Shown one piece after another: positions 1 to 9,095 of a stretch of DNA of 56,003 nt. Each line of letters begins with the position of its first letter. Positions within the stretch are counted from its first letter, which is position 1. Origin of the DNA: Firmicutes bacterium HGW-Firmicutes-21 (GTDB lineage Bacteria; Bacillota; Clostridia; Oscillospirales; CAG-382); assembly GCA_002841455.1 (NCBI GenBank), contig PGZT01000001.1:81919-137921 (forward strand), in the 5' to 3' direction. Both the position numbers and the translations under genes were made by a program. The notes under the pieces were generated by a model. The model searched no databases. It was not told the DNA's origin and saw only the letters and a program-made list of their open reading frames with translations.

Positions 1-1293
1 GGTATAACGCAGCGAGATTATATCAGTGAAAAGCTGATAAAGCCGATGCTTGAGAATATTTCCTCACTCGGCGGGTTTGAGGGTAACTTTGACGCTCTGC
101 TACAGAGCGCAACGATAAAGCATCCGCCCGACAGTAATGTGATATGCGAGGGCTTGCTGCGTGGTGAGGTGCTTGTTGCGGTTGAAAAAGCAGCCGAAAA
201 CAAACTGCATATTGTTCTTGCAAACGCACAGTTTACCGTCGGCAGGAGCATTGCCGAGCCGACAAGCGATATTACCGTTAAAGGTCCTAAGGCTGGTTTC
301 GTGGAGGATGCGGAGACAAACCTGACCGAGATTCGCCGATATATAAGAAACAGCGCTCTTAAATTTGTGCCGATTAATGTTGGTGCGATTACGGGAACGA
401 GAACAACTATTGCTTATGTCGAAGGAAGAGCGGACATAAAGGTTGTCGATGATATAAAATCACGCATCGAAAACGCATATGCCACAGGAATAGTGGATTC
501 CGGAAACATTGAAATGCTTATTGACACCCGCAAATTCCCTGTTTTCCCGATTATGGGGAGCAGCGAAAAGGTGGATAAGGTCGCTTCAAAGCTGCTTTCG
601 GGACGGGTCGCCATAATAGTGGACGGCAGTCCTTTTGTGCTTACCGCACCCTATGTTTTTGCCGAGAGCATACAGTCCGCCGAGGATTATTTGAGGTCGC
701 CGTATTATGCTACATTTATCCGCTTTCTGCGTTTTTTTGCTCTTGTTTTTGCACTCTATCTTCCTGCTCTTTTGGTTACGATTCTTACCTCGCACAATCA
801 ACTTCTCCCCGAAACAATGCTAAAAACTGTTGAGGAAATGCGTGCCGATATGCCCTTTTCGGTTTTTTGGGAGGTATTGATTATACTGATTATTTTTGAA
901 ATGCTCAGAGAGGTTGGCGTGCGTATGCCCCGAACGGTCGGAGACGCTATAGGTATTGTCGGCGCATTAATTTTAGGAAACGCCACTATCGAGGCAGGGT
1001 TTGCGTCTCCCCTTGTCATTATCGTGGTCGCTCTGGCAGCAGTAAGCTCCTTTATCGTACCGGTATATATGTTTTCGACCGTGCTTCTTCGTGTTATCTT
1101 CCTGTTTTTAGGATACAAGTTAGGGTTTTACGGAATCACCTTCGGTACTCTGGCATTATTGTTTTTACTTTGCAGAACAGACAGCTTCGGCTCCTCTTAT
1201 TTAACACCGCTCGCTCCGTTTGACAAGCAGGGTATGCAGGACTTTTTTGTCGCCATACCCCGCAAAACCCTGGGAAGAAAGGAACAATTGTAA
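1..1293 (+). CDS. Spore germination receptor subunit A (GerA family), 5'-truncated by the window edge
   Basis: The frame is open from base 1. It has GerA motifs (EPxSDITVKGPKAGFVE, GRVAIIVDGSP, EMLREVGVRMP, IVGALILG) and a hydrophobic C-terminal half. Confidence 0.9.
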   Translation, partial: GITQRDYISEKLIKPMLENISSLGGFEGNFDALLQSATIKHPPDSNVICEGLLRGEVLVAVEKAAENKLHIVLANAQFTVGRSIAEPTSDITVKGPKAGFVEDAETNLTEIRRYIRNSALKFVPINVGAITGTRTTIAYVEGRADIKVVDDIKSRIENAYATGIVDSGNIEMLIDTRKFPVFPIMGSSEKVDKVASKLLSGRVAIIVDGSPFVLTAPYVFAESIQSAEDYLRSPYYATFIRFLRFFALVFALYLPALLVTILTSHNQLLPETMLKTVEEMRADMPFSVFWEVLIILIIFEMLREVGVRMPRTVGDAIGIVGALILGNATIEAGFASPLVIIVVALAAVSSFIVPVYMFSTVLLRVIFLFLGYKLGFYGITFGTLALLFLLCRTDSFGSSYLTPLAPFDKQGMQDFFVAIPRKTLGRKEQL

Positions 1294-1294
1294 T

Positions 1295-1990
1295 ATGTAT
1301 TTCCTGTTTACAACCGTTCTTACGGCATCTTTTCTCGTTTGCGCCGAGTTTACTGCGGTTACCTTTGCGCCCGCCGTCGTTTTGACCGCTCTGTACCTGT
1401 ATCTTTTTTCGGTCTATTTTAAGCGTTTCCGCAGAACGGCGATTTTTATACCGCTGGTATTGCTATCCGTATCAATACACATTTCATTTTTCCTTATCGA
1501 GCTTCAAAAGGATTATATTAAGGATGTAAGCATATGGATACTTGCGTCGCTTGTAATAACCGTCAGCGGAATTATGGCATACGGAACTAAGAGCATAAGT
1601 GGTATCACCGCAATTACAAATATGGCGGTTCCCATATTTATCACACTGCTGATACTTGCGGTGATAAATATCCTTTCGGGAGAAATAACAAACAATGCGG
1701 TAATCGGAAATAACATTTATCAGTATTTTATAACCGTTATATCTCCGCCCTCAACCGCTCTCGCACTGCTGTATATGCACAAGTGCAGCTTTAAAAAAAT
1801 GTTCCCCGCTTTTGTAAGCTCGATTGTGTTTGCCGTGTGCTTCTTTTTGTTCGATTCGCCCTTCTTCAGAGCAATTGCGCTTAACTTTATCGCACCCCTT
1901 ATTATAGCCGTGGAGCTGCTCGTGATAAAGGAAACCGTTCTGCCGAGTCAGGAGAGTATAAATAAGAATCAGGCGGTAAATATGCAATAA
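1295..1990 (+). CDS. Polytopic membrane protein, possibly a reduced GerB-like subunit
   Basis: ATG lies 2 nt after the gerA stop. The 231 aa product is almost entirely hydrophobic. The GerB assignment rests on position only. Confidence 0.5.
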   Translation: MYFLFTTVLTASFLVCAEFTAVTFAPAVVLTALYLYLFSVYFKRFRRTAIFIPLVLLSVSIHISFFLIELQKDYIKDVSIWILASLVITVSGIMAYGTKSISGITAITNMAVPIFITLLILAVINILSGEITNNAVIGNNIYQYFITVISPPSTALALLYMHKCSFKKMFPAFVSSIVFAVCFFLFDSPFFRAIALNFIAPLIIAVELLVIKETVLPSQESINKNQAVNMQ

Positions 1991-2020
1991 ATCCTTTAAT
2001 TTGACTAACCAAAGACGCAG

Positions 2021-2049
2021 TCATAAATTTGTCCGAGAGCGAATAAATT
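2021..2049 (+). promoter_or_regulatory. Possible sigma-E (sporulation) promoter
   Basis: TCATAAA-N14-AATAAATT resembles the sigma-E consensus (TCATAtt-N14-cATAcanT), just upstream of the gene at 2068. Confidence 0.3.
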
Positions 2050-2067
2050 TTGTACGGGTGAGATTAT

Positions 2068-2730
2068 ATGTTTTTTACAAAAAACGAGACAACCGCGCTA
2101 CAGGATGAGGTAATAAAAAAGACACTTACCGACAAGGACGGCAAAACACTGCTGTATATTAATATTACCTATCCTTCGTTCACGCTAAAGGACAAAAACA
2201 AGCTCAAGCAGAACGCACAGCCGTTTTACGAGAGGAGCGCAAAAAAATTTCTGCACTTTGCAGAGGGCGATTTGCTTGACAGAGCAAAAAAGCTGTCGGA
2301 GAGGGATGCCTTCCGTCCGCTCGGAGCGGTAATGAAGTATACAAACGCATTTGAGGATAAGCATATGCTGTCCCTTTATACCGAGATAAGCGTTTTTGAC
2401 GGAGTAAACGCTCAGAACCAGCTTCGCTCCGCACAGGTGTGGAGCAAGGATAAGGGCTATATATATTCGTTCGGGGATATTTTTTGTACAGGAACAAAGG
2501 AGTATTTGATCGAAAGGTTCTCTACCGAGGGGAACTCCGGCAACCTGTCGGCGGAGGAGTATAAGAAATGCCTAAAGCACTTTTTTAATGAGAGCAACTT
2601 CTATCTGACACAAAAAGCTGCGGCGTTCTTTTATCCCGCAGAACGGTTGGGAGGCAGACAGGGTCTGCGGGTGTTCTATGTTGATTTCGGTACATTAATC
2701 GAAAAAAAACTCCTAAAAGTTTCCGTATAA
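2068..2730 (+). CDS. DUF4163/DUF3298 (RsiV/PdaC-like) domain protein without signal peptide
   Basis: Patterns INITYP, LSLYTE...F.G, YSFGDIF and NFYLT...FFYP are typical of DUF3298-family proteins. Confidence 0.6.
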   Translation: MFFTKNETTALQDEVIKKTLTDKDGKTLLYINITYPSFTLKDKNKLKQNAQPFYERSAKKFLHFAEGDLLDRAKKLSERDAFRPLGAVMKYTNAFEDKHMLSLYTEISVFDGVNAQNQLRSAQVWSKDKGYIYSFGDIFCTGTKEYLIERFSTEGNSGNLSAEEYKKCLKHFFNESNFYLTQKAAAFFYPAERLGGRQGLRVFYVDFGTLIEKKLLKVSV

Positions 2731-2733
2731 CCC

Positions 2734-2761
2734 TTTACATTTCAATTCTCTATGTTATAAT
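2734..2761 (+). promoter_or_regulatory. sigma-A promoter (extended -10)
   Basis: TTTACA-N16-TATAAT with a TG one base before the -10 box. Confidence 0.6.
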
Positions 2762-2795
2762 GTGCCTAAAGCAAGGGAAAGGATGTATATAGTAC

Positions 2796-3860
2796 ATGAA
2801 ACAATTAAGAGTGGTAATAATGGGACAGGGCAGAAGCGGAAGGGATATCCACGGACTGCATCTGAAGAAGGATACCGAGCGATTTAAGGTGGTAGGCGTT
2901 GTTGAACCCCTAAAAAAACGCAGGGACAGAGCTGCGGAGGAGTTTGGCTGTGAGGTTTTCTCGGATTATAAGAAGCTCTACGGAAGAACGGATATAGACC
3001 TGATAATCAACGCAACACCGAGCAATCTTCACTTCAATACTACCAAGAACCTTTTAAGGCAGGGCTTTAATGTATTATGCGAGAAGCCGTGTGTTCCAAC
3101 GGTTAAAAAATTCGATATTTTAACGGAAACGGCAAAGGAAAACAACCGTCATCTTTTGGTGTTCCAGCAATCTCGTTTCGCAAATTATTTTTTAAAGGTC
3201 AAGGAGGTTATCGCATCCGGAGTTTTGGGCAGAATCGTGCATATCGGTATTCAGTTCAACGGATTTGCCCGTCGCTGGGATTGGCAGTGCTGTCTTGAGC
3301 TAAACGGCGGAAACCTTGCCAATACAGGCCCTCATCCGCTGGATCAGGCGCTAAACCTGCTCGATTATTATGATGGAAACCCAAATGTATTTTGCAAAAT
3401 GGACAGAGCGAACACCTTCGGCGACGCCGAGGATTATGTAAAGCTCATACTTACCGCTCCGGACAGACCGCTTATTGACCTCGATATTTCCTCCTGTGAC
3501 GCATATCCCTCATATGTGTATAAGGTGGAGGGAACAAACGGTTCGCTTAAGGGAACCATGTCGCACATCGACTGGAAATATTTCAAGAGCGAGGAGGCGC
3601 CCGCACAGGTTCTTGTCAAGGAGACACTGACCTCCGGGGAAGAAAAATTACCCGCTTATTGCACGGAGAAGCTAAACTGGTACGAGGAATCGTGGGACGG
3701 CGACCCGCAGGCGCCCTTTATAGCAGCCGTTCAGGTTTATTACGACCAGATTTACACGCTTTTCACAGAGGGTAAGGAGCACGAAATTAAATTGAATCAG
3801 GTTCGCCAACAGATTGAGATAATAAACAAAGCACATAAGCAGAACCCACAGATTTCATAA
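2796..3860 (+). CDS. Gfo/Idh/MocA family oxidoreductase
   Basis: Rossmann motif GQGRSG, ATPSNLH, VLCEKP, GGNLANTGPHPLDQ. Confidence 0.9.
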   Translation: MKQLRVVIMGQGRSGRDIHGLHLKKDTERFKVVGVVEPLKKRRDRAAEEFGCEVFSDYKKLYGRTDIDLIINATPSNLHFNTTKNLLRQGFNVLCEKPCVPTVKKFDILTETAKENNRHLLVFQQSRFANYFLKVKEVIASGVLGRIVHIGIQFNGFARRWDWQCCLELNGGNLANTGPHPLDQALNLLDYYDGNPNVFCKMDRANTFGDAEDYVKLILTAPDRPLIDLDISSCDAYPSYVYKVEGTNGSLKGTMSHIDWKYFKSEEAPAQVLVKETLTSGEEKLPAYCTEKLNWYEESWDGDPQAPFIAAVQVYYDQIYTLFTEGKEHEIKLNQVRQQIEIINKAHKQNPQIS

Positions 3861-3866
3861 AAACAG

Positions 3867-3895
3867 AAAAACGGAGCCGCAACGCTCCGTTTTTT
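3867..3895. terminator. Bidirectional intrinsic terminator
   Basis: AAAAACGGAGC-loop-GCTCCGTTTTT between convergent genes. Confidence 0.85.
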
Positions 3896-3905
3896 ATGCC
3901 TGTTT

Positions 3906-4334
3906 TTATTGGGAAAGCTCCTCCTTAAGAGAGAAGGTAACCGATAGGCGATGGGTGCCTGCGTCATACGCAACCGTTACGAAAAGGCTCTCGGTCTGCG
4001 CTGACTTTGGATAAGAGTCCCCGATTAGGTTAAGCTCAGACGAGGATAAGAGCGAAACATAGCTGTCGGCGGCGGCGGATTCAACATTTTGTATAAAAAC
4101 CGCCGTGCTTGTGTCGGTTACCAAAACCGCATAAACCTCACCGTTAAACTCTGGATAGCCTTTGGTATGCTCGTTATGCGGCCACTTGTCCTGAGCGGTT
4201 TTGTAATAACCGTCGGAGTCCTTTTTTTCGGTGTTGTCAATCGAGTTAATTAAAAGAATCGCAACCGATACCATAATGACGAAAACTGCGGCAATTAAAA
4301 TTATTCGAGTTCTTTTATTTATTACATATTGCAT
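3906..4334 (-). CDS. Hypothetical membrane-anchored extracytoplasmic protein
   Basis: One N-terminal hydrophobic helix. It starts 12 nt after the stop of the upstream surface protein. Confidence 0.65.
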   Translation of the reverse strand: MQYVINKRTRIILIAAVFVIMVSVAILLINSIDNTEKKDSDGYYKTAQDKWPHNEHTKGYPEFNGEVYAVLVTDTSTAVFIQNVESAAADSYVSLLSSSELNLIGDSYPKSAQTESLFVTVAYDAGTHRLSVTFSLKEELSQ

Positions 4335-4346
4335 AATACATATGCC

Positions 4347-6572
4347 TTAATATTTTTCCTGACGCCATTTAATAATAAACAAAACCGCAGCGCCCGCAAC
4401 GGCAAGGAATATTATTATAAGCGACACTATAAGCCCGGAATTGGTCTCAATCGGCGGCGAGGGAGGTATATAATCCGCAAGGCGTACAAAGTTCACATGA
4501 ATCGTATGGTCTTTTGCGACAGTATTAAAGGGATAATCATAATTAGTCTCTCCGGAGGCACCTGTATGCTCAACGCCGTTTATTAACAGTGAATTTATAA
4601 CATAGCCCTCGTTTGCTGTTATGTTAAAAACAACACTTCCGCCGGTGTTTACCCGTTTATTGCCTGACGGATTGATGGTTCCGCCTGCCGAGGCAGAGGC
4701 TACAATTGTATAATAAGGGTCTAAAACATTACATAAAACAATATCCGTGCTGTTGTAAAAATAGATTGAAACCCAGCCGTCGTCGTTAATTGCCCGGACA
4801 TCATAGGCCTCGTTTCCGGCGGAATTAAGCGGATTGGTAAGCTTTTTTGTTTCTCCGTTATAAATCAGTTGCTGAACCTCCTGGTTTTCAAAATCAACAC
4901 CGATATTTAATGATAGAATGGTGCCTTTGGGAAAAGTAAAGCTGTTACCGTAGGAAATAAGCACGAAATGCAAATCCTCTACTCTGCTGTTGAGATATTG
5001 CTTGATTTCGTTGTAACGCGCGCCTCCGTCAAACATTATTGCAAGGTCTGCGTAATCTGATTCGATAGAAACATCCGCTCCCTTCGGAAGCGTCCATTTA
5101 TAGTTTGCCGCCGCAAATATGACTATCTTGTTTTTACAGTCGTCTGTTATTTTTTGAAAAACCTCGGCAGAAACCTTTGTATTCTTAGATATATCAATGG
5201 TTATTGTTGTGGGCGAGCTCCAGTTTATATCGTCAACCGAAATCGGGTCGTCGTCGTTATTTTGCTGGGTTGGCTTGAAGGTGGCGATAATATTTTGATT
5301 TGCTCCGACATTTGTAAATTTATACTGACTGTTGGTAAGCGGAACTATCGCTCCGTCAACCTTGACGGAATCTATCTCATAACCGTTGTCCGGAATAATC
5401 GTAAAGGTAATGTCCTTGCCCTCCTCAACAACATTCGTACCGGAAGGTGTAATTGTTCCGTTTGCACCTGCGCTTGAGGTTATTGTATATTGCTTTATAT
5501 TTGTAGCTGCGACAAAGGCTGCCGCAACCTTTTTGTTCTCGCTTATGGCGGAAATGGTGTAGGTGTTTTCGCCATCAAGCGAAACCGTTGCGTTTTCAAC
5601 CTTGAGCGAGGAAACGGTATACCCGAGATTCGGGGAGACCTTTATTATGACATCGCTTCCCTCGGGGACCTTTACCGCGACAGAACTGTTGTATTTTATC
5701 CCGTTTATAGTAACACTGCCGTTAGAGCCTATTGTAACCGTAAGGGTAACGGATTTTACAAAAACAGCGACAACATCTGTGTCCACATCCATTTTTACGG
5801 TATATTTGTTGGAGGAGGATACGGTTTTTGCCACTCCGTTGACGGTAAAGGAGGATAGTATATAGCCTGTTGCGGGGGTGATTGTCAATTCCCTTTCGGT
5901 ACCGGGCGCAAAGCTGCCGCCGTTCGGGGTAACGGTTCCGCTTCCGGTTATTGAAACGGTGAGTATTTTTGGCTCTACAACGACATTCTCCTCAACAGTT
6001 ACAACTATGTTATTGGTCTGAACTACGGTAAACGAATAATTGTTGCCGGAGGTAACCTCTGTTCCGTTAAAAACAATCCTTTTGACCGAATGATTTGCGA
6101 TAGGCGTTATTTTTAAAACCACGGTAGAGCCGACATCCGCCATATTGTTATTATCGGCGCCCTCCAAAACATATGTAAAAAGCTCGCTGTCGTTAACGGT
6201 TATCTCTTTTCTTTCGGGCGTAACGGCTTTGGTTGTAATGACTACATTGGTATTATCTACAAAAGGTTGTGAGTAGGTTTTTTTGCCGCTTACATTTTGC
6301 AGAATGCTGTTTGCGGTAATCGTATTTAGCTCGTAGCCGGAAGAGGTAGTTACGGTCATTGTTGCCGTTGTTCCTTTTACAAAGGTATATGTATGTACAC
6401 TACCGTTGGTTGTATGTACTCCTTCGGGATCAAAGGATACCGTCGCTCCTGTCGGAAGAGTATAAGTTATCGCAAAGGTCTCGTCCTCCTCTGCAAAAGC
6501 AGGTATTGACAGCATCGTAAAAAGCATAACAAAAACAAGCAGCAGTGCAAAAATCTTCTTATTCAGGTTCAT
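4347..6572 (-). CDS. Cell-surface protein with divergent InlB B-repeat (Flg_new-like) domains
   Basis: GGAGGA RBS before ATG 6572; signal peptide ending AFA; repeated 'G.G.I.P.G...V..G....F.I.P..GY.I.S..V.G' modules; C-terminal TM helix and basic tail. Confidence 0.8.
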   Translation of the reverse strand: MNLNKKIFALLLVFVMLFTMLSIPAFAEEDETFAITYTLPTGATVSFDPEGVHTTNGSVHTYTFVKGTTATMTVTTSSGYELNTITANSILQNVSGKKTYSQPFVDNTNVVITTKAVTPERKEITVNDSELFTYVLEGADNNNMADVGSTVVLKITPIANHSVKRIVFNGTEVTSGNNYSFTVVQTNNIVVTVEENVVVEPKILTVSITGSGTVTPNGGSFAPGTERELTITPATGYILSSFTVNGVAKTVSSSNKYTVKMDVDTDVVAVFVKSVTLTVTIGSNGSVTINGIKYNSSVAVKVPEGSDVIIKVSPNLGYTVSSLKVENATVSLDGENTYTISAISENKKVAAAFVAATNIKQYTITSSAGANGTITPSGTNVVEEGKDITFTIIPDNGYEIDSVKVDGAIVPLTNSQYKFTNVGANQNIIATFKPTQQNNDDDPISVDDINWSSPTTITIDISKNTKVSAEVFQKITDDCKNKIVIFAAANYKWTLPKGADVSIESDYADLAIMFDGGARYNEIKQYLNSRVEDLHFVLISYGNSFTFPKGTILSLNIGVDFENQEVQQLIYNGETKKLTNPLNSAGNEAYDVRAINDDGWVSIYFYNSTDIVLCNVLDPYYTIVASASAGGTINPSGNKRVNTGGSVVFNITANEGYVINSLLINGVEHTGASGETNYDYPFNTVAKDHTIHVNFVRLADYIPPSPPIETNSGLIVSLIIIFLAVAGAAVLFIIKWRQEKY

Positions 6573-6614
6573 TTTATCCTCCAAAAATAATATACAAATC
6601 ATACATTAAAGAAA

Positions 6615-6643
6615 TTGACTTAGGGAAAGTTTTCTGATATACT
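6615..6643 (+). promoter_or_regulatory. sigma-A promoter of proS
   Basis: TTGACT-N17-TATACT with an extended TG. Confidence 0.7.
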
Positions 6644-6735
6644 TACCCAATAATAAGTATTATACACATTTATCATAACATTTCAAGACCGTGATAAAAA
6701 ATTTTACTAAAATAAAATGGAAGGATGTTATTGTT

Positions 6736-8172
6736 TTGGCTGAAAAAAAGCTGGTTGAGGACATAACCTCTATGGAAGAGGACTTTGCCAAATGGTACAC
6801 CGATATTGTAAAAAAGGCAGAGCTTATCGAATATACAAGCGTTAAGGGCTGTATGGTTATACGACCCTACGGCTATGCAATTTGGGAGAATATTCAGCGG
6901 ATACTCGATAAAAGATTTAAGGAAACGGGGCATGAGAATGTATGTATGCCTATGTTTATCCCCGAGAGTCTGTTGCAAAAGGAGAAGGACCATGTTAAGG
7001 GTTTTGCTCCTGAGGTTGCATGGGTAACCCGAGGAGGCGACGAGGTTCTGGAGGATAGGCTCTGTGTCCGTCCGACAAGCGAGGTTCTTTTTTGCGAGCA
7101 TTATGCGAATATAGTACATTCCTATCGTGACCTGCCCAAGCTATACAACCAATGGGTTAGCGTTGTGCGGTGGGAGAAAACCACCCGTCCCTTTCTTCGC
7201 TCAAGAGAGTTCCTTTGGCAGGAAGGACATACAATCCACGCCACCGCTGACGAAGCTATTGAAGAAACCGAAAAAATGCTTGGTGTTTATGCCGATTTCT
7301 GTGAGAAAAGCCTTGCCATGCCCGTGATAAAGGGAAAAAAGACGGAGAGCGACAAATTTGCGGGAGCCGAGGCGACCTATGCGATAGAGGCGCTTATGCA
7401 TGACGGAAAGGCGTTACAGGCAGGAACCAGTCATTATTTCGGGGATGGTTTCGCAAGAGCGTTCGACATTATGTATACCAACAAGGAAAATAAAAAGGTC
7501 TATCCCTACCAGAGCTCTTGGGGGGTTACCACCCGTCTGATAGGTGCTATTATAATGACGCACGGCGATGATAACGGGCTTGTGCTTCCGCCTGCGGTAG
7601 CTCCGATTCAAGCGGTAATAATACCAATCGCAATGCATAAAGAGGGCGTTTTGGAAAAATGCAGGGAGTTGAAAACGCTTCTTGAGGGTGAGTTCAGAGT
7701 GAAGCTGGACGACAGCGATAATTCGGCGGGTTGGAAGTTTGCCGAGTATGAGATGAAGGGTGTGCCCGTAAGGATTGAGCTTGGTCCGAAGGACATTGAG
7801 GCTGACCAATGCGTTACCGTAACCCGTCATAACCGGGAAAAAGAGCTTGTTCCTTTGTCAAATATTGTCGAATCCGTAAGGAGCAAGCTGGCGGCTGTCC
7901 AAAACGGGTTATTTGAAAAAGCGTTGAAGAACAGGGAGAAGCGTTCCTATAAATGCGGCACAACCGACGAGATTAATTCTGTCCTTGCCGAAAAGGGAGA
8001 CGGATTTATCAAGGCTATGTGGTGCGGAGACGAGAAATGCGAGGACGAGGTCAAGGAAAAAACCGGAGTTGGCTCCCGTTGCATAATCACGGAGGAAAAC
8101 CCTGTCGGCAACAGCTGTGTATGCTGCGGAAAACCCGCTAAGCACCTTGTTGTATGGGCAAAGGCGTATTAG
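6736..8172 (+). CDS. proS: Proline--tRNA ligase (archaeal/eukaryal type, no INS editing domain)
   Basis: [49 protein letters not shown], and C-terminal Zn-binding Cys residues. TTG start at 6736 follows a GGAAGG RBS. Confidence 0.97.
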   Translation: MAEKKLVEDITSMEEDFAKWYTDIVKKAELIEYTSVKGCMVIRPYGYAIWENIQRILDKRFKETGHENVCMPMFIPESLLQKEKDHVKGFAPEVAWVTRGGDEVLEDRLCVRPTSEVLFCEHYANIVHSYRDLPKLYNQWVSVVRWEKTTRPFLRSREFLWQEGHTIHATADEAIEETEKMLGVYADFCEKSLAMPVIKGKKTESDKFAGAEATYAIEALMHDGKALQAGTSHYFGDGFARAFDIMYTNKENKKVYPYQSSWGVTTRLIGAIIMTHGDDNGLVLPPAVAPIQAVIIPIAMHKEGVLEKCRELKTLLEGEFRVKLDDSDNSAGWKFAEYEMKGVPVRIELGPKDIEADQCVTVTRHNREKELVPLSNIVESVRSKLAAVQNGLFEKALKNREKRSYKCGTTDEINSVLAEKGDGFIKAMWCGDEKCEDEVKEKTGVGSRCIITEENPVGNSCVCCGKPAKHLVVWAKAY

Positions 8173-8253
8173 ATTATAATACAATAGTGGTAAAATAACC
8201 GCAAATAGTTTCATGGAAACAAATTTTTACAAACACACAACTTAAAATAAATT

Positions 8254-8283
8254 AAAAATGTCGACCGAGTGGTCGACATTTTT
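8254..8283. terminator. Bidirectional intrinsic terminator
   Basis: Perfect stem AAAAATGTCGACC-GAGT-GGTCGACATTTTT between convergent genes. Confidence 0.9.
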
Positions 8284-8287
8284 GAAT

Positions 8288-8947
8288 TTAACTTATAATC
8301 GAGCGTTTTATTAAAGCACCGCACCGCTTTATCGAGCCGGAAACGATTTTTACCACGCTTTTGCGGTAATAGAAAAGGTCGTTTCCCCAATCGGTATTAT
8401 CGTCCGGCTTCTTCATAAGACCCTCGTGGACAAAATATTTGTCCAAAACATTTTCCAAATCGTTAATTGTATAATAGGAAGAATAATCTATACCGGTTTC
8501 AATGCCGCAATTATAAAGGACACTGTAAACAAACTCCAAGCAGGTGTAGGATTTCTCGATCAATATCTTTTTATGCAGAGGGGCTATTGCGAGAGCGAAA
8601 AAGTTATATATGTACTGATCCGAGTCGGCTCTGATTGATGCGATATATTCCTCCACCAGATGGTGTTGCTCGGCTGTAAGCGGTATCTTGCATATTTTAA
8701 CCGGTACATCATCCGGATTGTTGTAATAATAACGCAGAGCCGATTCCTCCACGAAACCCGCTACAAGCGGGTCGTTTATGCAGTAACGGGCAAAGGAATA
8801 CATTGTTCGTAGATTTTCGTCAAACGAAATGGCTACATGGCTGTATTTATTCTTGGTAACAAAACGAATAGTTCTGCCTATTCTTGTCGGTGCGGTTAAA
8901 AAAGCTACATATATATAACGGGTCTCTGTGTTTGTTTGATGAATCAT
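8288..8947 (-). CDS. Permuted papain-like (NlpC/P60, YiiX/YebB-like) amidase/acyltransferase
   Basis: The His motif YSHVAI precedes the YN...YTCLEFV Cys motif, which is the circularly permuted order. Confidence 0.6.
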   Translation of the reverse strand: MIHQTNTETRYIYVAFLTAPTRIGRTIRFVTKNKYSHVAISFDENLRTMYSFARYCINDPLVAGFVEESALRYYYNNPDDVPVKICKIPLTAEQHHLVEEYIASIRADSDQYIYNFFALAIAPLHKKILIEKSYTCLEFVYSVLYNCGIETGIDYSSYYTINDLENVLDKYFVHEGLMKKPDDNTDWGNDLFYYRKSVVKIVSGSIKRCGALIKRSIIS

Positions 8948-9052
8948 AACTAATCCTTTTTTAAGATGCGAGATAATTATATACTATTATATCACTTTAT
9001 TTTAGAGAAAACAATACGGAAATAAAATTAAAAGTTTTGTTTTAATTAAATC

Positions 9053-9081
9053 TTGACTATACTGCCAAAAAAGGTTAAAAT
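9053..9081 (+). promoter_or_regulatory. sigma-A promoter
   Basis: TTGACT-N17-TAAAAT. Confidence 0.6.
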
Positions 9082-9095
9082 AACCATAAGAGGAA

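Noticed and set aside
6644-6735. T-box leader for proS
   Set aside because: The leader is too short (~85 nt) and has no GGTGGNACCGCG T-box sequence.
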